From a virus (Duplodnaviria > Caudoviricetes): a stretch of DNA of 64,000 bases. The notes beneath the pieces are model-generated. The model was not told the DNA's origin and ran no database searches. It saw only the letters and a list, made by a program, of their open reading frames with translations. Of the stretch, positions 35,556-45,100 are shown one piece after another (the stretch's first letter is position 1; every line of letters begins with the position of its first letter). Location: the IMG/VR virus record IMGVR_UViG_2706796244_000001, positions 1 through 64,000 of that record. One strand, 5' to 3'. The position numbers and the translations under genes are program-made.

Positions 35556-35574
35556 ATGAACCAAGGAGAAAACT

Positions 35575-35772
35575 GTGAAGCACTTCGAGATCCCTCTGCG
35601 GGTCAACATAACGGTGCTGGCCGAGTCCCGCGAAGAGGCGATCTCGCTTGCCCAGCACGTCATCTCTGCCGGTGTCGAAACTGTGGGTGAGGCAGCGGGT
35701 AGCCAGCTGCTGTCCACCTCCACCGTGATCGACCACCCCAACATCAAGGAAAAGGAGAATCCCTATGTCTGA
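35575..35772 (+). CDS. Hypothetical protein (65 aa)
   Basis: SD AAGGAG, GTG start. Confidence 0.65.
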   Translation: MKHFEIPLRVNITVLAESREEAISLAQHVISAGVETVGEAAGSQLLSTSTVIDHPNIKEKENPYV

Positions 35773-36472
35773 GCAACGGATGCCCAAACCCCTGTCTGTT
35801 CCCGCTTCCGCCATCGACTCCAGTATCTCGGTCTTGGACTCGCTGGCCAAGGTCGATGGCCAATCTCGCCACGTCATGCCCAACGTTGCTGTGTCCATCC
35901 GCGACACCATGGAGGCCATGCAGCGAGAGCTAATCTACCTGCGTGCCCTGGCGGCAACACGCACCGAGACCACTCCCGGCGTGGAAGCCATCCAGCTCAT
36001 TCGCAGCAAGCAAATCAGCAAGGGCTACACGGCTGCGTCCGATTTCGGTGAGCGCTCCCGCCGTGGCGATGTGCTGATCCAAGCGGCCATTGCACTGCTG
36101 TGCAACCCGTCCTCTGTGCGCCCTTCCCGTGGTTCGGGCTGGCCCTGGGACGACATGTTCTGGCCTCAGCAGGGCGGCAAGCGTGGACGCATCAGCCATG
36201 CCGGTGCATTGATCGCTGCCCACCTGGAGATGGAATTCGAGCACGACAAGACCCGCACCTACGTGCTGCGCGATACCACCATCACCGGCGACAAGATGGC
36301 CTTCGTGGACATGGACGCCGGCCGCACAACGCTGCTGGACAGGGCCAACATGTACGGCCTGAAGGATGCCCAGGAACAGTGCCGTGGCAACCCGGACCTG
36401 GAAATGTGGCCGGTGGATCAGCTGGAGAAGATCGTTGTCCGCACGATCCCCTCCACCACGCAGCCGGAGTAA
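35765..36472 (+). CDS. Hypothetical protein (235 aa)
   Basis: SD AAGGAG; WPWDDMFWP and LIQAAIALL motifs. Confidence 0.75.
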   Translation: MSEQRMPKPLSVPASAIDSSISVLDSLAKVDGQSRHVMPNVAVSIRDTMEAMQRELIYLRALAATRTETTPGVEAIQLIRSKQISKGYTAASDFGERSRRGDVLIQAAIALLCNPSSVRPSRGSGWPWDDMFWPQQGGKRGRISHAGALIAAHLEMEFEHDKTRTYVLRDTTITGDKMAFVDMDAGRTTLLDRANMYGLKDAQEQCRGNPDLEMWPVDQLEKIVVRTIPSTTQPE

Positions 36473-36475
36473 GCC

Positions 36476-36784
36476 ATGGCCCACCCTGCTGACAAAGAGT
36501 GGGTCGAACAGGTAAAGGCGGAGTACCGTGAGAACGGCTTTCTGCACGATGGCAAACCACCCATTCAGGGATCGATTGCCCGTCGCATTCGTGGCCGTGC
36601 CTACCTGCTCGCCTATGCCCTGTCCCGCAACAGCCTGTGCTGGGGCCGCCTGACCGCAGAAGGCTCCTTCCACAGTGTCTGGTTCGGCCTGGCCCACAAC
36701 GTGTTCATGTGCGACCTCACAGGTGCCATGCACATGTATACGCTGCATCTGGGCCCGCTGACCATCACCTTCGGGAAAGACTGA
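36476..36784 (+). CDS. Hypothetical protein (102 aa)
   Basis: SD GGAG. Confidence 0.65.
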   Translation: MAHPADKEWVEQVKAEYRENGFLHDGKPPIQGSIARRIRGRAYLLAYALSRNSLCWGRLTAEGSFHSVWFGLAHNVFMCDLTGAMHMYTLHLGPLTITFGKD

Positions 36785-36963
36785 TGGACGGCCTACTCAA
36801 GCTCATTGGCATCGTGTGCATAGTTATGTGGATCGCCGGTGAGGTGATCCCAGGCTGGCACTGCCACATCATCTTCGGCGGCGATGAGTTCGCTGCTGAA
36901 GCCCATGAAACCATGGCTCGGGAGATCCGGGCCAAACTGAACCAAGGAGAAAGCAATGAATGA
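36784..36963 (+). CDS. Small membrane-anchored protein (59 aa)
   Basis: TGATG coupling; hydrophobic LLKLIGIVCIVMWIAG. Confidence 0.6.
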   Translation: MDGLLKLIGIVCIVMWIAGEVIPGWHCHIIFGGDEFAAEAHETMAREIRAKLNQGESNE

Positions 36964-37252
36964 GCGTCCGAACTGCTTCAGCGAAGCATTGCAGCTGCTG
37001 AAGGACGGCTACTACATGCGCCGCTCGGGCTGGAATGGCTCGGGCATGTGCGTGCAGCTGGTCCGTCCTGGCCAGACGTCTCGCGGCGTGGCCAGTGTGC
37101 GCCACGGCCACGATACCAACCACACCGTGCTGGAGCCCTTCTTCGTGATCGTCAAGTCCCAGGGCAGCGGCGACAACGTGAAGCGCACGGCCAACACCTG
37201 GGTGCCCAGCGTGTCGGATCTGCTCGCCGAGGACTGGGAGGAAGCTCCATGA
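36956..37252 (+). CDS. tad2: DUF2829 / Tad2-like cyclic-nucleotide sponge (anti-Thoeris)
   Basis: FSEALQLLKDG..RRSGWNG.GM...WVPSVSDLLAEDW matches the DUF2829 signature. Confidence 0.8.
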   Translation: MNERPNCFSEALQLLKDGYYMRRSGWNGSGMCVQLVRPGQTSRGVASVRHGHDTNHTVLEPFFVIVKSQGSGDNVKRTANTWVPSVSDLLAEDWEEAP

Positions 37253-38115
37253 GCGACACCTTCAACACCGAGCTGGTGGCCGGCTCCATCAAGCGCCACC
37301 TGAACTCGTCCAACGGCGTATCGTCCGGCGACTTGTTCAAGATCCCCCGGGACAAGATCCACGTCCTGCCAGGTTACAACGTCCGTGAGCAGCGCAGCCC
37401 CAGCTACCGCCAGCGCATCCGTGAAATCGCCGATTCCATGGTGCGCAATGGCTGGCTGGTCACTGAGCCCATCAGCGGCTTCGTGGCCCGTGAAGGGGAA
37501 GAGGACATCTTCTACCTGGTGAAGGGCCACACCCGCCTGGAAGCCTACGACCTGGCCGTCTCGGAAGGTGCGAAGCTGGGAACCATCCCGGCCATTCCGC
37601 AGCCCCGAGGCACGGACATGCGTGCGCTCAACAACGACCTGGTGATCAGCAACTCCGGTGCCCGGCTGGCGCTGATCGAAGTCGGCACCGTCTGCCAGCG
37701 CAAGCTGCGCAATGAAGGGCTGACCGAGGCCGAGGTTGCCGCCGACCTGGGCCTGACGGTCAAGCAGGTGGAAGACGCCGTGGCGCTGCGCACCAGTCCC
37801 AAGGGTGTGCAGGAGCTCGTGATCCTGGAGAAGGTTTCGGCCACCACGGCACTGGCTGCACTGCGCAAGCATGGCAGTGGCGCTCTGGCTGTGCTGCAGG
37901 CCGGCATCGCCAAGGCAGAGAGCCAGGGGAAGGAGAAGGCCACGCCCAAGCACTTCGCACCGCCGAGCTGGAATCGCAAGGTGGTCGAGAAGAGCATGAC
38001 GGCGTTCCGTGATCTCCAGCGCCAGCGTGGCCTGGAGCCCATCCCCGAAGATCCGACCGAGGCCTTGCAGTTCCTGATGAAGAAGGCCTACCCGGACCTG
38101 GTGGACCTGCAATGA
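37249..38115 (+). CDS. ParB/Srx-like domain protein with a downstream HTH (288 aa)
   Basis: GYNVR..IREIADSM..G...PI..YLVKGHTRLEA (GHxR box); LTEAEVAADLGLTVKQVE HTH. Confidence 0.75.
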   Translation: MSDTFNTELVAGSIKRHLNSSNGVSSGDLFKIPRDKIHVLPGYNVREQRSPSYRQRIREIADSMVRNGWLVTEPISGFVAREGEEDIFYLVKGHTRLEAYDLAVSEGAKLGTIPAIPQPRGTDMRALNNDLVISNSGARLALIEVGTVCQRKLRNEGLTEAEVAADLGLTVKQVEDAVALRTSPKGVQELVILEKVSATTALAALRKHGSGALAVLQAGIAKAESQGKEKATPKHFAPPSWNRKVVEKSMTAFRDLQRQRGLEPIPEDPTEALQFLMKKAYPDLVDLQ

Positions 38116-38444
38116 GCGGCATGCTCAAGAATGGCAAGTACGTCGTCACCGAGTACGAGAAGATCCTGGCAGCCGCCATGCGGCATGTCGAGAAAGTCAC
38201 GGACCAGGTGGCGGCGGATGTGCGCCGGATGCACGTCATCCCCTACTGCGACAAGCACAACCTCAAGTTTGTCGCCGGCATGGGCATGTGGATGTTCGTC
38301 ACCACCAAGGGCGAGATCCTGAAACCCGACAAACTGCCAAAGCGGCTGGCGCACCTGATGTACGCATCCACGTACAGCCAGGCCAATAGCTTGGGCAGCC
38401 TCATCCAGGACTACACGCCGAAAGGCTTCAAGGAGGATTCATGA
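38112..38444 (+). CDS. Hypothetical protein (110 aa)
   Basis: ATGA coupling at both ends. Confidence 0.7.
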   Translation: MSGMLKNGKYVVTEYEKILAAAMRHVEKVTDQVAADVRRMHVIPYCDKHNLKFVAGMGMWMFVTTKGEILKPDKLPKRLAHLMYASTYSQANSLGSLIQDYTPKGFKEDS

Positions 38445-38959
38445 AAAGACCCATCACCAAGCACGAAGTGCTCATCTGCCTGAAGCAGGCCACAGCCCCC
38501 GGCGACACCAGCGTTACAGCGCTGCTCCTGTCTGGGCACATGGGCGTCTCAACCAATGCCGTGGCCCAGGCTCTTCGCCCTCTGGTTCGTGAAGGCCGGG
38601 CCGGCGTCGTCAAGGATGGCGGCCGGTCCTTCTACTATTGGATCTCCGACAAGATCCAGGAGGACAGACTGCAACCGCTGTTCAAGGGCTTCGACTTCAT
38701 GGACAGCCGGGCCTGGGTCAGCGATGAGCAGATCGTCAAGGCGTTCACGGGAACAAACTTTGGACCTAACTCACTGTCCTACCATCGCACTCTGCTGGAG
38801 AAGGCCTGCGTCAAGAAGTCCCAGGCCTACCACTGCGGCGGCACCATCACCCGCATCATGCTGGAGATGGGGCTGATCCACCGCAATGAGACCCTGACTG
38901 CCCTGGGCAAGCAGGTCAGCCGGTGCGCTCTGCACAAGTACCTGACGGACGCACCGTAG
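38441..38959 (+). CDS. Putative winged-HTH protein (172 aa)
   Basis: TALLLSGHMGVSTNAVAQALRPLVREG followed by a beta-hairpin. Confidence 0.6.
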   Translation: MKRPITKHEVLICLKQATAPGDTSVTALLLSGHMGVSTNAVAQALRPLVREGRAGVVKDGGRSFYYWISDKIQEDRLQPLFKGFDFMDSRAWVSDEQIVKAFTGTNFGPNSLSYHRTLLEKACVKKSQAYHCGGTITRIMLEMGLIHRNETLTALGKQVSRCALHKYLTDAP

Positions 38960-39060
38960 GCGCTTCAGCGCTTTTGTGGTAAAAACCGTTTTCTGTCCTG
39001 AAGACCAACCCACCGGAGACCACCCATGAAATAACCTGACCTCCCCCTGATGCAAGACGC

Positions 39061-39095
39061 AAAAAGGCCCCTCAATGAGGGGCCTTTTTTATTTT
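39061..39095. terminator. Bidirectional terminator between converging middle and late units
   Basis: AAAAAGGCCCCTC-AAT-GAGGGGCCTTTTTT. Confidence 0.92.
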
Positions 39096-39106
39096 CACCG
39101 CGGAGG

Positions 39107-42100
39107 TCAGCTCACGAGAGCCATAAACGGATTCAGCGTCGGTGCACGCATTCCCATGCCAGGCCCGATGGAGTTGCCCAGACGACCCTCGGCCATGGCC
39201 GTGAACAGGTTGTCTTCGAGGGGCAGGCCCACATCAGAAGGTTGGGGAATGGTGCCGGCCAGCAGCGCATGCAGCGGATTGTTACGCAGCGTGCTCAGGG
39301 CGATCTTGCTGATGCGGATCTTGAAGTTGTAGAACCACAGCAGGCCCACCGATTCAGCATAACCACGGGTGCGACCAGGCAGACGGTCGTAGTTCACGAA
39401 CTCTTCCGTGACCCGAGCCAGAGCATCTTCGGCGCTCATCTTCTTCCGCTGGGTCAGGTCATCGAAGATGATGGCCTTGGCCAGGAAGTCGCCGAAGTCC
39501 ACAGCCTTCTGGAGGCCCTGGAACAGTGCCGTGTCCTTGGTGATCAGCGCGTACTTGCCAGCCGTCTTCATGGACTCGGGCAGCCGGTCGGTCAGCGCCT
39601 CAACGTAGGAGTGCAGGCGGCCTTCCGACAGCATGCGCTCTTCCACGCCCAGGGCGGCATCCGAGATGGCAGCGAACTCGCCAGCCTGAACCAGAGGGAA
39701 GATGCTCAGCCGAGTCCAGCCATCCTTGATCGCCTTGATGCGGTTGTTCAGCACCAGTTCCTTCGAGGGGTTGCCCCGGGCAGCCAGCAGATCAGCCTCC
39801 AGGCGGATGACTTCGGAGCGGCCATCGGTATAGGCCTTCACCTCTGCCATCTTCTTGGGCACGCCCCGGACGATGTTGCCGATGGGTACACCACGCGAGA
39901 TCAGCTGATAGACGTTCGAGATCATGTTCGCCCAAGGCACGATCATGGACTTCACCACGATGATGGTCTTGGCATCGGCCACGAAATTCTTCAGCACCTG
40001 CTCGGAATTCACCATGTAGCGGTAGGCATCGTTACCGAATACTGCCGTGGCGATATCGGTCACACGCTTCTGCGTTGCTTCGCTCCAGCGGGTGTTGCCG
40101 GTCCAGGCGTCACCGATGGATGCAGCACGGTAGCCCATGGCGTCGTCCAGCATGTCCTTGCGCACCCAGAACTCACCCTCGCCGAAGCGGGCTTCGATCT
40201 GTGCGACCTGGGCTTTGTTCAGCAGATTCACCGCGTCACGCAGCACAGGATCCTTTACCGGGCCAGCCAGGTTCACGTACTGGTCCTTCTTGCCATCGGC
40301 CAGGTCACGCTCCCACATGTCGGCCAGACGATCCACCAGCACCTCGTTAAAGGCAGTGCCCTGCACCTCTTCGACCTGACGGCCACGCCATTGACCGATT
40401 GCACTGGCCAGGTTCTTCTCTTGGTTCAGCAGCGCCAGCTGAGCAGGATCCACAGCACGCTCCAGAGCCACCACCTTGCCGAGCTCATCGTAGACGGGGA
40501 TCAGCGAGCCGGCGCCGGTATCCCGGTCCAGCCACTTCGCCAGATCCTTCACCTTCTGGGGATCGGTGATGCGGCCACCAGTCATGCCTTGGCTGAAGCC
40601 GTTCAGGGCATCCACACCGCCAGCAGTCATGCGGACGTTCTGCATGATGCCCTGGGCGAAGGCAGCCTTGGCGCTCACCGGGGCGAAGTAGTAGCCACGG
40701 CTGCGGGCACCACGGTCCAGATCCGATCCCACGAAGTCAGCCACACGGGTGTAGCTGCGCTCGGCCAGGCTGGCGAACTCGGCATCGTCGGCCACCACCA
40801 GGGACACACCGGCCTGGGCAGGCGAAGGCAGTTCACCCTTCAGGGCGTTGTACTTGGCCATGGGGTATTGGGCAGCCTTGCGCTCTTCTTCCACACGCTG
40901 GCCCATCAGGTAGGAGATGGCGAAGTCGATGCCTTCGGCCTCTTGTTGAACCAGAAGGGAAGTGGAGTTGGTGGCGGGTAGAGAGTCCAGCGCGTACAGG
41001 CTCACCAGCTTATCGATGGCGGCGATGCCGTCAGCGTTGCCCATCAGCTTGGGGTTGGCCACGGCCAGATCCCAGATGGCGCTGGCGTTGCGCAGCAGAC
41101 GTGCACCAGCCTTGGCGCCCATCATGTAGGCAGCCAGCTGCTTGGCCTTCTCGATACGCTTGGCAGCGCCAGCGCCGTCGATGCTCTTCACCTCGGCTTC
41201 GGCAGCCTTGATGGCAGCAGCCCGAGCCTTGGGATCGGCAGCCAGGCGGCGAGCTTCCTCAACGCTGGTGGCCTGGGCCAGTGCAGCGATATCGGTCTTG
41301 CCCAGACCCTGGTGCAGGTCAGCCCACTCGGTAGCCGTCAGGTCACGCGAGAACTTGCCACGGATGATGGCGGGCACCTCTTCACGGAACTGCTGGCGGG
41401 TCTGCTGAACCGTGGAGCGCACCAGCTTGATCAGGTCGTACACCGCAGCATTGCTGCTTGTGCGGCCAGACAGGTCGTTCAGCAGATCGAAGGCAGGCTT
41501 CCACAGGTTTGCTGCATTGGCCATGCCCATGATGCCTTCGGCCACAGCCTTGCCATTCTTCTCGCTGGTCAAGGCAGCCACACCACGCAGGATGGATGCG
41601 CCGGTCTTCTCCACGATGTTGCCTTGGGCCAGCTTTTCGCCAGCGGCCAGAGATGCATCGCTCAGGGCCTGAAGGCCTTCCACCATCTTGTCGTTCACCG
41701 TGTCGATGACGCCACCGGCAGCCGAAGCAGCAGTGCTCAGGAAGTTGGCACGTTCCTGGGCCACCTCGGCAGCATGCAGGCTCAGGGAGTCGGCAATGTC
41801 GCTCAGGGTGTTGCCCTTCACGCCACCCACGGCACGGCCCAGGCGGAACATGGCGTCCTCGCCTGCATTGCGCAGCATGGTGTTCAGCGTGCCATCGGTG
41901 CCCTTGGCAGCCTTGGGCAAGGGCAGCTTGGCCAGCGCTTCACGCATCTCGGGGCTGGTGACGGCCAGGGCCAGGAAGACAGGCATCAGGGTCTCACGGC
42001 CCAGGGCATCCTTGACCTCACGGGTGTTGCCGACCACAGCGTCGTACTTGCGCTTGGCGTTGTAGTAGGCACCGGGGTCACGGCTATCCGGGTCGGCCAT

Positions 42101-45100
42101 GAAGTGCTCAGGCTCCAGGTTCTTCAGCACATGCTGGTACAGGGCATCAGCCTCGGCCATGGAGTTGGGATCCAGCTTGGCCTGGGAAGCCATGGCGGCC
42201 ACCATGTTGCGGAAGGTGGTCATCTGCTGGGCGCTCATCACGAAGCCTTGGCCGGCAACCACCAGGCTGGCATCAGCTGCGGTCTTCAGGGCCTGGTTGA
42301 TCTTCGGGTTCACTGCCGTGGGGGCGATGGCCTCCAGGCGTTGCAGTGCCTGGGCAAAGCCACGGTTGATGGTGTCCAGGCGGGTGTCGTCGCCGTAGGC
42401 TTGGTTCTGCGCCAGCGCAGTGTCGGCCACAGCATCGCTCACGGCCATCTGGCCACGCATCACCACCATGGTGTTGAACAGCAGGTTGGATGCCACATCG
42501 CTACCGGGTGCAGTGGCGGCTTTGGCCCTACCCCACACCAGCTTCTTCAGGGCAGCCACAGCAGCCTGTGCCAGGCGAACCAGGGGGGAAGCAGCAACCG
42601 CCTTGGCAGTGCTCACCAGATAGGTGTTGGCCAGGGTCCAAGCCATGAACTCGTTGGTGGCGATGGCCTGGCGCTCATCAGCACCCAGCTCACGGTTGCG
42701 CAGAGCACCCAGCACAGCAGCCTTGGCGTCCATGAAGGAGCGAAGAGCCACAGGGCCGGCAGCTGCTGCGGCAGAGCTGAAGTCGCCATTCAGGAACTGC
42801 TCACGCAGGGCCTTGATACGTTGCACGGCTTGGTTGGTGGCAGCATCGTTGAGCTCGGGGGCCATCTCAGCAGCCAGCACCTTCTCGTAGGTGGCAGCGT
42901 GCACGATCTCATGCACCAGGGTCTCGACGGTAGGCGATGCCAGCAGGATCGTCTTCACGCCGGGCAGGGTGACACCGCGGTCTCCAGCATTCAGGCCGGC
43001 AGGCATGCCCTTCTCGATGGCATAGGCGTTCAGCTGCTCTTCCGTGCCGAAGACCACCTTCCAGCCAGCCAGGTGCTTGCCGCGCATGGCTTCACCGTAC
43101 AGCTCGGCCTGCTCGGGGCTCATGGCCAGAGCCTTCCCCACCTGGTTCAGTGCCGTAGGCGAGAGCTCACGAACACCAGACTTCAGGGCACGGCCAGCAT
43201 TGCCGATGGCATCCAGGGCGGACTGGCCAGCAGCTGCTTCCTTGGCCGGCTTCACCCGGGCCTTGGCCTTACGCATGGTGGCCTGCTCTTCCGCCAGCAG
43301 GGCATTCAGCTGGGAAGCGATCTCCTTGGGGGAGCCGTCCAGCACGACAGAGCCCTGGTTGTGGAAAGGTGCGCCAGCGGCAGCCATCTGGTCCACGCTC
43401 ATGGCGACACGGGACAGCACACGATGGCGGGCCTCTGCCGAGTCAGCCACCGCAGAGAGGCCGTCACCCAGCAGACGGATTTCCTCTTCCAGCTGGTCCA
43501 CGGTGAAGCCGGCTTCGGCTTGCTTCTTGCCCAGCACAGCCTCGGCCAGCTTCTTCAGACCTTCGGGCCGCATGCTGACCAGATCCAGCTTCTCCAGGGT
43601 CACGGCGAAGGACTTCTGCACGGCGGCCAGCGGGTTGCGCTGCCACGATGCGTACACCGCTTGGTTGGCCATGCGGGAGTTGTCCATCAGATGATCCAGA
43701 CGGAAGTTCACGCCGTCGAAGATCTTCAGGTTGTCGCCGGGAGCGCCAGGCATGGTGCTCAGATCTTGCATCAGCATGCCGTCTCCAGAGCCGATGGTCA
43801 TGAACGGGATGCCCGCCACACCAGCATTGGCCGGGCCAGGTGCCGATGCTTCGATCTCGAACGTGCCATCCAGTGCAGCAGCAATGGAGGTGTTGGTCAC
43901 AGGCGAGTTCTGGGAGCCGGCGATGAAGTAGGTCTGCTTGCCATCCAGGCTCACGAAGGGAGCCAGAGGAAGAACAGCCTGCAGGGCCTCGTCCAGCTGC
44001 TCGCGCGAGAGGAAGTCACCCTTGCGGTACTCGGGCTTCTTGGCTTCCTCGGCCATCATTTCATCGACCTTGCGGGCGAATGCATCTTCCAGGATCAGGG
44101 ACTGGATCTGGGTAGCGTCACGCAGGTAGGCCACCGAGCTCATCACGCCTTCACCCACCGTGGTGTTGATGGCTTGCACCATCGGGCCCACAAACAGGTT
44201 CAGCATGTTGTCGGTCAGGGCCGAGATGGACGGGCCATCCAGCTTGAAGGTCTTCGGGTCGAAGGTGGCAGGCAGGGACGATTCCGTGTCCAGCAGCATC
44301 CACTGGCCCTTCTTTTTGGAGTAGACGGCCTTCTTGGTCAGCAAGGCATGCATGCCGGCCCAGAAGCGGTCGTACTTGGCCTCTGCATCAGCGTTGTCGC
44401 CGAACATAGCACGAGCGCTGTCCAGGCCAGGGTTCTTCGCCTGGGCTTGGAGCATGGCGCTCATCTTCTCGTAGACCTCATCCATGACGTTGCTCACCAG
44501 CTTGCCGGCGATACCACGGGCACCGGAGCCGTAGATGGTGATCGTCAGCGGATTCTTGGCGATGCCGCGCTTCATTTGCAGAGCACCGTCCTTGAAGGTC
44601 AGATCCTTCAGGAACAGCTCCATCAGGCTTTCCAGCTGGGACAGCTGCTCAGCCACTTCAGGTGCAGAGCTCAGCTCGCTACGCAGGGTAGCCAGGTTGC
44701 GGGTCAGTTCATGGGTAGAGGCCTCGTACATGTCCACCGAGTCATCGTTGGAACGGTGCTGGTTCATGGTCTTCTCGGCTGTGCCGAAGAACATGCCGCC
44801 CTTGCCGATGTTCTTCACCCAGCCTTCGGTGAACAGGCCAGAGGTCATCAGGGCCATGGCATTGATGGGGCCGTTGGTCACGCCGTCAGCTTCCACGTAG
44901 ACACCAGTACGGAATGCGCTCTTATCGTCGGCCATTTGCAGGCGGGCCCAGTCCACCAGGGCGTGGAAGCCCACGTTCGTCAGGTCAGCACCGGCTGCCT
45001 TGAAGTTGGACTTCAGCTCCTGGATCTGCTCGGGCGTCAGGCGGCCACCGGCCAACACATCACGCAGGATCTCGGTCGAGGGAGCCAGGTCGGAAAGCAT

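Noticed and set aside
37249-38115. ParB as evidence of a plasmid-prophage lifestyle
   Set aside because: No parA, integrase, repressor-switch locus or rep gene is recognised; the architecture is that of a lytic N4-like phage.
11284-38985. T-rich TTT(G/T)TGGTT-like motif at several gene boundaries as a middle promoter
   Set aside because: Degenerate; one copy (about 13236) falls inside a probable small ORF and another is a hairpin loop, so it is not supportable without statistics.
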